Origin: Vitrella brassicaformis CCMP3155
Lineage: Eukaryota; Protista; Chromerida
DNA: 64,000 bases
Direction of reading: 5' to 3'
Assembly (NCBI GenBank): GCA_001179505.1
Contig: CDMY01000372.1
Location: 33,296 to 97,295 of the forward strand
The position numbers and the translations under genes are program-made. Under the pieces are notes generated by a model. It did no database searches and was not told the DNA's origin. It worked only from the letters and a program-made list of their open reading frames with translations. Shown piece after piece: positions 24,617 to 36,600 of the stretch (position 1 is its first letter; each line of letters begins with the position of its first letter).

Positions 24617-26368
24617 GAACACCACTCACTGTGTTTAGGCGTCATGGCGATCGAGCACTCTGACTTCGACGGCATGGAGCGGCTCGCTGCGGTGAGTAAA
24701 CGACTAAACAGACCCAATTGGTCGCCCTCTCTCCCGACGGCCGTCTCTGTCTGTCTGTCTGTCTGTCTGTCTGCAGGTGTTGGGTGCGGACATCGTGTCG
24801 ACGTTCGACAACCCCGACAAGACCAAACTCGGCCACTGCAAAACCATACACGAAATGATGATCGGTGGGTCGGTACCCTCCGACACACACACACCATGGC
24901 ACACCGTGCACTGCACCCATACAACCCGCCAGCCTGCCCACCTGGGAGTGTGCGCGAATGTATGTGTCTCTCTCGTGTGTCAGGGGAGGATAAGGTCATC
25001 CAGTTTTCAGGCTGCGAAAAGGGTACGTCTATCGGTCGGGTGGGATTACCCTTCCGGTGCACACACACCATAACGAAGTCCGTCTGTCTGTCTGTCTGTC
25101 TGTGTCAGGCGAGTCGTGCACCATCGTCCTGCGCGGCGCGTCCACCCACGTCCTCGACGAGGCCGAGCGCTCACTCCACGACGCACTGGCAGTCCTCTCG
25201 CAAACCGTCAAGGTCACTCAGAAAGCCAACCACCCCTCCCTCCCTCCCTCCCTCCCTCGATGTCTCTATGTGTATATGTGTGTGTGTGTGCGTATTGAGT
25301 GCAGGAGACTCGTGTGGTGTGGGGCGGCGGTTCGGCTGAGATGGCCATGGCCAACGCCGTCGACGAACTCGCCAGGACGGTCGAAGGCAAAAAGGTCACC
25401 CAGTACACACACGCACCACCAGCACCACCGACAGGCAGGCAGACAGGCACCATCCGTCAGTCACCACACGCACACAGACAGACAGAAATGCACCACACCA
25501 CCCGAAGAAATGAGTGGAATGGGTCACCATGTCATGTACCGTACCCATTGATCATCAGTCGTTGGCCATCGAGGCGTTCGCCAAGGCGCTCCGCCAGATA
25601 CCCACCATCATACTCGACAACGGCGGTCAGTCAGTGAGTCAGTGAGTCCGTCAGTCCGTCAGTCAGTCACCACACGCCAGCCAAACCACCACATGCCATG
25701 CATTGCCATCCATCAGGATACGACAGTGCCGAGATTGTGGGTCAGCTCCGGGCGCTACACACACGGGGACAAACCACGAAAGGAATCGGTGCGCACCGCA
25801 CCAAGGGAGGGAGGGAGGGAGGGAATTCTGCCGCGCCACGTAGTCGCCACGGCTTTGTGTTTGGTTTTGCTTTCGTGTGTGTGCAGACATCCGCAACGGC
25901 ACTGTGGGCGACATGAAGGACCTCGGCGTGCTGGTGAGTGAGCTCAGTGAATAACGAGCGGGAAATGCTGCGCTGCACCACAACACATACATACGACAGG
26001 TGCTTGTGTGTGTGTGTGCGTGTGTCAGGAGTCGCACAAGTCCAAGCTCTCCCAGATATGCGCCGCAGCAGAGGGCGCCGAAATGGTCGGTCACAAAGAG
26101 CCCAACCAACGAACAAACGCATCCACGCTGCTCGTTTATCCACCACCCCACCGTCTCGGTGCCATCCATCTTCGCCCTGCCTGCGTTCACTGCTTTCAGA
26201 TTGTCCGTGTAGACGACGTCATCCGCTGCGCACCCAGGTCGGTCAGCCACACACACACACAAAGAGGGAACCTGGAGCAGCGGCGATGGGTGGGGGCAAA
26301 ATGGCCGTGCTGTGATGTGGGTGTGCGCGTGGGTGGTGGTTGCCTGCAGGAGGCGTGAAGGCGTGTAG
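21852..26368 (+). CDS. CCT2: T-complex protein 1 subunit beta (chaperonin CCT2), about 24 exons
   Basis: [102 protein letters not shown] and [13 protein letters not shown], all matching CCT-beta. Confidence 0.97.
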
Positions 26369-26965
26369 TTGCCCGCAGGTCGGTCAGAGTCTTCCGTGCG
26401 TTCCGTTCGTGCATCGAGCGCTCTACTGTCGGCCTGCCTGTGTGTGTGGAGCCCTCACTCTCTGCGTAGATAGAACAAACAGCTGATGCCCTGCGTGAGT
26501 GCCTGCCTGGTTGACTGCGTTAGGATTTACAGCCAGACAGACAGATAGACAGACACACGTGTGTGACGTGACTCGGTGTACGTTTATACAGCCTGACTGA
26601 CTGCGTGCGTGGGTCGGTCGCTATGAGAGAGTGAATGTGTACATCGCAACACAACACAAGAAGGCAAGGCACTCACTTCACTTGATCCCATCAAACAAAC
26701 GGTCTGGGAAGTCACTCAGGTCGCATCACAGGACGGCACGCACACGGACACACACACACACACACACGAGCAGCATGGCACGCACGCACACCCAACACAC
26801 GGCTGTCCACCACACCGAGCAACACCATGTGCGCCGAGCAGAGTCGAGTCGCCAAAGTGCGCTTCTCCACTCCAACATGTGTGTGCACGCTGTTCGTCCA
26901 GTGGTCCATCTCTTGTCCCAGCCGTCCGTCCATCCCGCGCTTGGCTTCACTGACTGTCGTGATGG

Positions 26966-27552
26966 TCATGACCGCTCCTTGACGAGGTTTTCGATATCCG
27001 CGTCGCCCGGGTCGGTGATGGCCAGACAGCCCACCCTGAAGTACTTGCCGCACGCCGTGCCAAGCTCGTTGTTGTCTGCACAAAGGCACAAAGAGAGAGA
27101 GGGAGCACAACCACGACACACTGTGGCTGCTGGTACTTGCCGTCTGTCTGTGGTGCACGTGTGTGTGTGTGCTTGCCTCCTTGGTAGTGGTAGACATCGA
27201 TCTTGGCGAGCATGCAGTAGTACTCGAGCTCCGACTTGCGGATGCGGGGCAGATTGTTGGCTGTCACTATCAGCTTGGCTGCACACACCAACAACGCACA
27301 GGTCACCAGGGCATAGGTGAGCCACGTTCGTGTGGTGACACCCTCCCCCCCCTCCCTCTCTCCCTCCCTCCCTGTCTGTTCTGTTGTCAGCCGGGCACGT
27401 GTGTGTGTGTGTGTGTGGTTACCTTTGCTGGTGCGTATAGATCTGACGGTGGTTTTGTAGCCCAGCGCCACCTTGCCGCTCTTCATCACCAGCTGGAGCT
27501 TCGAGTTGATGTTCTCGCCAGCTCCCTTCTTCTTAGACCGACGCGACGACAT
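26966..27552 (-). CDS. RPL30: 60S ribosomal protein L30 (eL30), 3 exons
   Basis: [48 protein letters not shown] and [27 protein letters not shown]. Confidence 0.97.
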
Positions 27553-27668
27553 CGTCCTCACTCAACACACGGACACACGAGGGAGGGAGAGTCTGCTGCC
27601 GTTTCAGAGTCTGCTGCGTTGCGAGCTTGGAGGCAGATCTGCAAGAAGCTCGCAAATGGAACAGAGCT

Positions 27669-30600
27669 ATGTGGCTCATCCCCAGGACGCTAGAAGGCCT
27701 CCCCGCGCCCCGTTCCCCCTTCAGCAACGTCAGATCTGCCGCTACCGCAGCGAAGCGCAAGCCCAGCCCCGGCACCACCCGCAAGAAGCCATCGCCGCAG
27801 AAGAAAGATGACCACCAGTCTGATGAGCTGAGTGACGAGGAAGGCCTGTACGAGTCGGCCCGGTTTGTGCGCGTGGATGTGGACGCCAGCGGGTGGCAGG
27901 CGGAGCGGCGGCAGCCGCGGCCCGACAAGGACTTCTGGCACCGCAAAGGCCTCCTCGAGTGGGTGCAGGCACGCGACTCGCAGCTCACCCATCTCACCAC
28001 CCAGTCAGCCGCAGCCGCCGGCAGCTGCAGCAGCGAATCAGCTGACAAAAACTGGAACCCAGGATGGAGCCACCGGCACGACGACCCTGCAAACACCCGG
28101 GCGGACGACCACCACCACCACCATGCTATGGTCGACGAGGAGCTCGAGCTCGACCGTGGGTGGGACTACGAGGACAAGTGGCACTCGACCGCAGCCACCA
28201 TGCTCGCCGACCCCAATAATCGGCACGGCCCCCTGGCCCCACACGCCGGTATCGCCAATGTCTTCCTCCCCGACCTCGACAGATGGAAGCCTGTGCGCAT
28301 GCTCAGCGCCCAGCAGCTCGCCGAGGCGTCCCTGTGGGCACTGGGGAGCGAGCCGGAGAGGGGCGACCGCGCCCTGTGGCAGGAGATCGCCGCGAGGGCC
28401 GAGTTCATCAGCGTGAGTCTGAACGGTGCACAGCTGGTGGCGGTGCTGCGGGGGGTGTCGGAGGCGTCGCTGGTGCACGGGCTTCAGTGCCCCAGCCTCT
28501 TCCACAAGTGCACCGAACAAATCGTCGCCAATCTCGGGGTCGGTGAGTGAGGAGCGGTGGGGAGGGAAGACGCGCATTAGCGTTAGTTATCAGTGACGGT
28601 GACGTGTATGTTCTGCCGGGTGGGTTAGAGCTTGTCGCTGTCGGACCTGACTGTGCTGGCGCACTGCTATGCGACCCTCAGCCAAATGTCAGCCGGACAC
28701 GCCCACGCCCACACCCACACTCACTCACTCACACAGAGAATGACCATGCCATGAGTTGCTCCTTCTCGACTCGACAGACTCTGATCGGCTCTTTGTTTCT
28801 GCGTGTGTGTGCGTCTGTGTTTCCTCAGCCCCCGTGGCGCCTTGCACGTGATCGCTTTGGCCTATGTGGATCGGCTGGCGTGCGACGCCACGCAGCCGCC
28901 ACCGGCACTCACTCTGCGGCTGCTCGCGGCCTTCCAGAAGGCCCAGGTCAAGCTGGACGTCCTTAAGGGGGCCTTCACTCTGCTACAACAACAGGTGAAA
29001 TACGAGAGAGAGAGAGAGAGAGAGAGATATGGGTGCGGGCCGGTCTCCATCCGTGTGTCGTGCCGTGCGTGTTTGTGTTCATGGACATTTGTCCCACAGC
29101 TGCCCGAGGTGATGAGCGACCCTCGGCACACGATTGCCGCACTGGAGAGCTACCTGCAGCTGGAGGCCAAGCACCCCACCTTCATCCACCGGCTGCTCTC
29201 GTCCACTACTGCACTCGACCTCGACAGACACCTTCTCCCATCCCAGCTCGGCACCACATTCGGTTCGCACCAGAAAGACCTGTTGGGTGGCCCTCTGACT
29301 TCACCCACCACAGCCACCACGGCCATCCAGGTGTCGTCTTCTACGGGCTCTTCCCCCCTTGTGAGCATTGTCTCGATGGCTCCCGCGGATGTGTGTTCAT
29401 TCCTTGCCGTCCTTGGAGCCGTGCGGGCGCCCCGCTTGTACAGGCAGCTGAGGGAGGGGGCGGCCGCGACCCTCCAGACCCACGACCGGCCATCAGCCGA
29501 CACGGATGCGGATTCGGGTGAGGCCGAGATGCTGAGCATGCCAGACGAGCCGCCGCCCATCGCCCGCACGGATGACATCCGCCAGCGCATCGAGGCGACC
29601 CGATGGAGCCTGCGTGACACGACCGTCGGGCTGGGGGCCGCAGCGGGAGGAGAGGTGCCGTCAACGAGCGATCCCCCATCAGCGGGTGTGGACCAAGCCA
29701 CGAGGGTCAGAACGGAGCAGGACGAGCAGGCCGTCATCGAGAGACGTCGCCGCAACTCTGCCAACATGAAGGCGTTTGCCGTGGTGGCGCGGGAGCTGCT
29801 GGCCAAGGGGGTGGCGCGGTTCGGGCAGGCCTTCCAGGTTGACATGGCAGCACCTCTTGGGGCAGATGAGGGGCCGGCCTTCTCGCTGAGTGAGGGGGGG
29901 AAGGAGATGAGTGTCCCGCTGAGGCGCCCTCATCAAGACAGCGACGAGACCGACCCTTTCGGCCTCTACAGCAGCACACCGCACACACAGCCACCTGCAG
30001 AGGATCTTTCCGCCACAGAGTCCGTGTCAGTGCCGACCGCCCGGCTTCTCAATCTGAGCGACTTCTTTGTTCGGTATGCTTACATGGGCCTGGCCGCCCT
30101 TGACGCCCTCTCTGACGCCGATCCCCCTCTGGCCGACCCGGCCGATGTGACACGAGAGCTGGACGCGTGGCGAGGGCTGGCTGGAGGGCCCCTGTGGGAC
30201 TGTCAGCTGTTCGTCGCGCAGATGCTCGACGCTGCAATGGCTCACCAGGTGAAGTGAACGAGTGGGTGTGGTGGCTTATGATTATGTGCCCATGTCTGTC
30301 TGTCTGTCTGCGGCTGTCTGTGTATCCGTCAGTGTGGGAGCTGTCCGCTTTCCTTCATCAAGGACTGTCTGACGCGCTATGCCGACCTAACCGCAGCCCT
30401 CAGTAAGGCCGATATTCTCAGCACCAGACTCCGGGGCCCTTCCATGACGCCCCAAACCAAAGATCTCGAGAGGCTCAACAGCATTGCGGCTAAGGCGGTC
30501 GACCGTGCGGCGCGGTGGTATGCCAGCGACGGTGAGGACGACGGGCAGATGATGGATGTGCTGCTGGCGTTCCCTGACCTGCTGGGAGAGTGCACACGGC

Positions 30601-32105
30601 ATCTCGGGAACGCCACCAGAATGTTGCTGCGGATGAGTGTGACGAGTGCGGCTGGGGACTGTGGGGTGTGTGACAAAGTGGATGGGCTGCATCGGAGTCT
30701 TGTGGCGCTGCATGAGGGATTCTCACACCGATACGCTCACGAGGTCAGGTCGGTCAGTGGGACAGACAGACAGACAGACACACCAGCAGGGCAGCCAGGG
30801 GGAGGGAGGGGAGTGAGTGCCAGGTGTGTGAGCGTGTTTGTTTGCGTGTGCAGCATTTGCTCTACCGCATGCACATCGGCGACCAGGCAGACGTTCTCTC
30901 CACCAGCGTGGCAGCCATCAATGGTAGCCTGTGCCACTAGAGTGGCAGCAACGGTCGACAGACAAGGCGGGGATCCCACCATCCATCCCACCGTCCATCC
31001 ATCCATCCAACCTTTGTCTTGCTGGATCTCTCTCTCCGATATATCTGTGTGGGGCAGACATGTTGTCGCTGCGGAGCCACCCAGTGCTGGGCGGGCATGT
31101 CGATCCCCACTGCAGCGACGCACTGCTGCTCTCCACTGGCCGCATCCTCAAGGCAGTCGGTCAGCCGCCCAGCGCCCAAGACAGACACGTGTGCGTCTTT
31201 CTGCGTATGGTCGGTCGGTCGGTCGCTTGGCTTGTGATGCCTCAGGTCTTGGGTTGTCGCGCAAGATCAAGGGCGGCAAGGCTGCCGGTGAGTCAGTCAG
31301 TCAGCCAATGAGAACACAGCACAGAGAGAAGGCTCACTCGTCCGTCCGCTCTGTTTGCTCTCTACCTTTTGGTTGGTTTGGTGGCTGTGTGTGTGTCTGT
31401 CAGGCTACACAATGCGTCCAGGCGACATGGTGGCGCTGCTGCGGGTGTTCGGCCGTCTCCGGCACATGCGGCCCTCACACCAGGCGGCCGACACCACACA
31501 CCTCTACGACAACGAGGTGCCCCTGCAGGCGCTCACCGATCTGGTGAGTATCTATCGGCTGATTCGCTCGCCACACATCAGGCTGGCTGCATGTCATGTC
31601 GGCACATGGGTGATGAATGCAGGTGCATGAGGTGGAGCGGTGTTTGTGTGCGTGGAGTCCCGGGCAGCTGCTGGCCCTGTCGAGCACCATAGGCCTCTTC
31701 CGCTCACCGCCCCACCACGAGGACAGCCGGCGCAGCGATGAAATTCTCAATGCGCTCGCCAACGCACTCGGTAGGGGGGCTGGCTGGTGGGGGCTGAGGA
31801 GGGATGGTGTCCGTCCGTTATGATCTATGTTGCCCATATGTGTGTGTGTGTGTGTTTGATGATTTACCCAGAGGTCGAGTTGAGCCGTCGGTCGTCGCGT
31901 GAGACGTTCATGGACGATGAGGAGGGCGACGAGGTCCTCGATCAGGTGGGTACTCACCGGCACCGCACCCAGAAGGATGGCTCCATTGAGTGCATTGGTG
32001 GCTATGTGTGATTGTGACTCCCTCCCTCGTCAGCAATTTGTTGTGGCGGGTGATGTGGCTGCCTCGGCCATTAGCGGCATGCACGTGTGTGGTGCAAGTG
32101 TGTGA
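27669..32105 (+). CDS. Large multi-exon helical-repeat protein, possibly an organellar RNA-binding (RAP/HPR/FASTK-like) protein; 3' end uncertain
   Basis: Long open exons (27669..28543, 29100..30253). The basic N-terminus resembles a mitochondrial presequence. Recurrent short amphipathic motifs (LVAVLRGVSEASL, LLAAFQKAQV, VCSFLAVLGAVR, MVALLRVFGRLR). No clear RAP domain was seen, so the family call is tentative. Confidence 0.55.
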
Positions 32106-32327
32106 GTGACAGCTGATTGGGTTGCTGAAGTGGATGACATGACCGGCCGTCCGTTGTGGAAATGGTGCTGGGAAAGGCACACTCTCATGCGTGTGTGTGA
32201 CTGGCTGGCTGCACATGTATGTGAGAAAGAGCTCCGTGTCCGTCCGTGATTGATGGTGGTTGATGCTGGTTGGGTGATCGCACGTTTCATGACACACATA
32301 GAGAGTATGTAGAGATGACCAAAGCGT

Positions 32328-32421
32328 GCCATTCGTGCAGCAGATTAAGCAGCTCTCGGTCGACATGACCGCATCCGGTCATGTCGGCCGAGAGCTGCTT
32401 AGTCTGGCCCATGAATGAGGC
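32328..32421 (+). other. Long near-perfect inverted repeat / RNA hairpin
   Basis: Arms 32341..32371 and 32376..32406 pair over 31 bp with a 4-nt CATC loop. The only two non-Watson-Crick pairs are U-G on the + strand, and the stem extends further after an internal loop. Confidence 0.85.
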
Positions 32422-33061
32422 CATGACACTGGCCGCTGACATCTTGTCCAAGAGCTCGTGTGTGTGCGTGTGCGTGTGCGTGTGACTGGAGCCATGCGGG
32501 CCCGGCTGTCGAGGGAGAGAGACAGAGGGGCGGCTGTGCATCAATTGCGGCATTTGTCCTTCCCGGCATGTTACTCTGCGAAGAACATGGTGATTTACAT
32601 GGGTGCAGATGGTGTGAGTTCCACTGCGCCCGCTGCTGTGTTGACGAGCGAGGGTGCTGGCCGAATGAGGCCCGCGACCTTGGCGGGGTCGGTTGTGTGT
32701 ATGGGCGGGGTCAGTGGCGATAGCGGCTCGGGCGATCATGACAATGGTCTGGATTAGATTCTCTCTCTCTCTCTTTCAATCTGCCATCCGTGTGTCCGCT
32801 GTCCGTTCATTGCTTCCGCTCTCTCTATCTTTCTTCTGTCTGGTCCACCATCCCCCGTCCGTCCACCCCGCCCGCCCGGCGCATGCCATCCACTCAGCCA
32901 GCCAGCCAGCCACTCAGACACTCGGACACTCAGACACGTATGTATCAGCTTCACACAATGCGTTTGCCATTGGCGAAAGAAAAGGCAAGAAGAAAGAAAC
33001 GCTGGTTGGCGTTGTGCAAAAAGAAACAAACAAGCCAGCCGGCAGCGTGGCATCGCCCGTT

Positions 33062-33623
33062 TCATGCATCTACTAGTCGAAGACATTTCAAATTATGTTC
33101 GCCAAAATAGGGGCTGAACCAATCGGCGCACATTAGACCGTCTCCGCACCATTTCGTCAAGGTACAGTGATCCCCAAGGCCACCGCGTTCCTGCGCTTAC
33201 AGACACGCATACAGAGCCACAGTCCGTGCAGGCACCACGTATTCGGCCTGGTTGGACCGTCACTGGCTGTTGTTCTTTTCTCGGTTCGCACCTTGCAGAG
33301 ACCGTTCTCGGCAATGTTGCCGCTCTCGTAAATCTCCTTGAAGCATCTCAGGCCTTTGGGGCAGTCCCTGCTCTTCGTGCAGGGCTTGTTGTCCCCTGCA
33401 TGCAGGAGCAAGTCATGAAATACCATGATGCCAATGCCAATTGTATCAGTGGAAGCATGATATGTCTGCACATCCGCGCCTGCTGCTGCGGACCTATGCC
33501 CTGCATCGGGGGCAGGCTGTCCTCAATGGGAATGTGTTCGGCGGAGACGAGGGCGGAGAGTCCCATTGCAGTGAAAAACACCGCAAGGGCGACGAAGAGC
33601 GAGAGCTTCAGGCCGGCCACCAT
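33062..33623 (-). CDS. Small secreted cysteine-rich protein (120 aa, two 4-Cys repeats), 3 exons
   Basis: Exons 33494..33623, 33292..33395 and 33062..33190 splice in phase (130+104+129 nt). Product: signal peptide MVAGLKLSLFVALAVFFTAMGLSALVSA, then CTKSRDCPKGLRC-x15-C and CTLTKWCGDGLMC-x14-C. Confidence 0.8.
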
Positions 33624-33625
33624 GA

Positions 33626-36600
33626 CGGAGGAGAGGACGTCGGTTCAGGCTCGTGCTCGATCGTCGGTCTCGGCTCGTGCTCGAGGCCGAGCGCTGCGAC
33701 AAGCTGGGCCCGCCGTTGAAGCCGCTGAAGGGAGATGAGGACGAGAACGAGCACACCATCCGTGTCTTCAGCCGGCTGGTGGATCAGGGGCGCCTGCGAC
33801 AGGCACAGCGGTTCCTGACTGAGCGTGGGGGCGGTGGTGTGCTGGACCCACAAGACGTCGCCGAGAACGACACCAGGACCGTCCGGGAGGTGCTGGCGGA
33901 CAAGCATCCTCAGCAGCGGACCGCCGACCCCGCGGCGTTCATCGATGGTGATCTCCCGCCGCTTGTGGGGGTCGACATAACGGCCAACCAGGTCGAGCGG
34001 GCTGCGCGCGAGATCCAGGGTGGGGCGGGACCATCGGGGGGCGACGCGACGCTGTGGAAGGACCTCCTGCTCAAACACGGCGGCCACAGCACTCGGCTGC
34101 GCCAGGCGGTCGCGGACGCCACCCGCATGATGGCCAACGAGGTGGTGGACTGGGAGCACGTCCAAGCCCTGCGTGGATGCCGTCTGCTGGCCCTCGACAA
34201 GTGCCCTGGTGTCCGCCCGATCGGTGTAGGGGAGGTCCTCATGCGCATAATGGGCAAGGCGATGAGCATGGAGACCGCATTTGATTTGGAGAGAGAGTGC
34301 GGCGAGGACCAGCTGTGTGCCGGCCAGAAGGGGGGCGTAGAGGCGGCGATTCACGCTGTGAGCGGCCTGTTTGATTGTGGTGAGGGGGAGGCGGAGTGTG
34401 TGCTGCTGGGGGACGCGACGAACGCCTTCAACACCCTCAGTCGCCCTGCAGCGCTGTGGAATGCCCGACAACTGTGGCCACGTGCGTCCCGGTTCCTGTT
34501 CAACACCTACCAGAGCCACGCTGCGCTCTACCTGAGGGGCGAGAAGGAGCCGCTGTGGAGTCAGGAGGGGACCACTCAGGGCGATCCGATGGCCATGCAG
34601 ATGTATGCCGCCGGCACCCTGCCACTCATCCGCAGCCTCAAGGAGCCAGCAGAGCAGGGGCCACAGGTGTGGTTCGCGGACGACTCGTCTAAGTGCAGCT
34701 CCCTCGAGCGGGCGAGGGAGTGGTGGGACGGGCTTGGTGAGAGGGGGCCGCCGTACGGCTACTTTGCCAACTCACACAAGTCCATCTTGGTGGTGCGAGA
34801 GGGGTTGAAGGAAAGGGCGCGGGAGGTGTTTGAGGGGGTGGAGGGGCTGACCATTACGACAGGGAGCCGGTACCTGGGCGGCTACGTCGGCACAAGGGAG
34901 GGCCGCCGTGCGTACGTGCAGCAGAAGGTGGAGCGGTGGGAGGAGTGCATCAGGGACGTCGCACGAGCCGCGACCAAGCGCCCGCAGCAGGCCCACGCCG
35001 TCATGACCAAGTCGCTGCAGGCCGAGTGGGACTTCGTCATGCGCGTCATCCCCGAGGAGAAGGAGACCTTCGAGCCTCTTCGCCACCTACTCGCCACGAC
35101 GTACCTGCCCGGCCTCTGCGGCAAGTCCGTCGACGATGCCGAGGCCGCGGTCATGCTGCTGCCGGTGCGGCATGGCGGCACGGGGGTGCACGATCCAACC
35201 GAGCGGATCGCTGAGGCGTACGAGACGTCCGTCCAGGGCACCAACGTGCTCACCACCGCCATTCAGCATGGCACCCACCCAGACCAGCCCTTCGACCCGT
35301 CCATCCACCGCCTTCAGATGCACACGGCCATTCACGAGGGGAAGAGGCGGGCGGACGCACAGGCCAAGGAGCGCTTCGACGACGGTGTCGCCCGCCTTCC
35401 CCCAGGACGCCAACAAGCTGCTCGGCGCGCGCAGGAGGCCAAGACGCACGCGTGGCTCACGGCCATGCCGTCATGCAGCGACCAGACCGACCTCAGCGGC
35501 GATGCTTTTCGGGACGGCCTGGCGGTTCGCTACGGCTACCGCCCACCCAACCTCCCCTCCAGCTGCCCAGGGTGTGGTTCCGCCTTCACCCTCACCCATG
35601 CCCTGGACTGCGCGAAGGGCGGGCTGGTGATACAGCGGCACAACGAGCTGCGGGACGTGATCGGCGACGTCGACAGGATGGCCTTTGGGGCAGGGAGCGT
35701 CTACAAGGAGGTGGTGTTGAAGGAGGGGGATGGGCAGGGGAGGGAGGGGGTCAGGACGGACCTGGTGATCCGAGGTGTGTGGGACCGCCAGAGGGATGCA
35801 TCGTTCGACGTGTGCGTTACTAACGCTGATGCTCCCTCTTACGGCAACCGCCCCACGCGATCCATCCTGGCGACGCACGAGCGCAGAAAGAAGAACAAGC
35901 AAGTGCGCGCCTGCGAGGACCTGTCCATGACCTTTGCAGCGACTACCGCCCACCCAACCTCCCCTCCAGCTGCCCAGGGTGTGGTTCCGCCTTCACCCTC
36001 ACCCATCCCCTGGACTGCGCGAAGGGTGGGCTGGTGATACAGCGGCACAACAAGCTGCGAGACGTGATCGGCGACGTCGGCAGGATGGCCTTTGGGGCAA
36101 GGAGCGTTCACAAGGAGGTGGTGTTGAAGGAGGGGGATGGGCAGGGGAGGGAGGGGGTCAGGACGGACCTGGTGATCCGAGGTGTGTGGGNNNNNNNNNN
36201 NNNNNNNNNNNNNNNNNNNNNNNNNNNNNNNNNNNNNNNNNNNNNNNNNNNNNNNNNNNNNNNNNNNNNNNNNNNNNNNNNNNNNNNNNNNNNNNNNNNN
36301 NNNNNNNNNNNNNNNNNNNNNNNNNNNNNNNNNNNNNNNNNNNNNNNNNNNNNNNNNNNNNNNNNNNNNNNNNNNNNNNNNNNNNNNNNNNNNNNNNNNN
36401 NNNNNNNNNNNNNNNNNNNNNNNNNNNNNNNNNNNNNNNNNNNNNNNNNNNNNNNNNNNNNNNNNNNNNNNNNNNNNNNNNNNNNNNNNNAAGACCCCTC
36501 TGGTCGTCACCGTCCATGGGGTGTGGGGGAGGGAGGCGGAGCACTTCTTCACCCGCTTGACTGAGCAGCTGTTGACGAGGCAGGGGTGGTCAGATAGGGG

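Noticed and set aside
33608-34519. 303-aa ORF antisense to the retrotransposon RT
   Set aside because: A shadow ORF from GC-rich codon usage on the opposite strand; no motifs.
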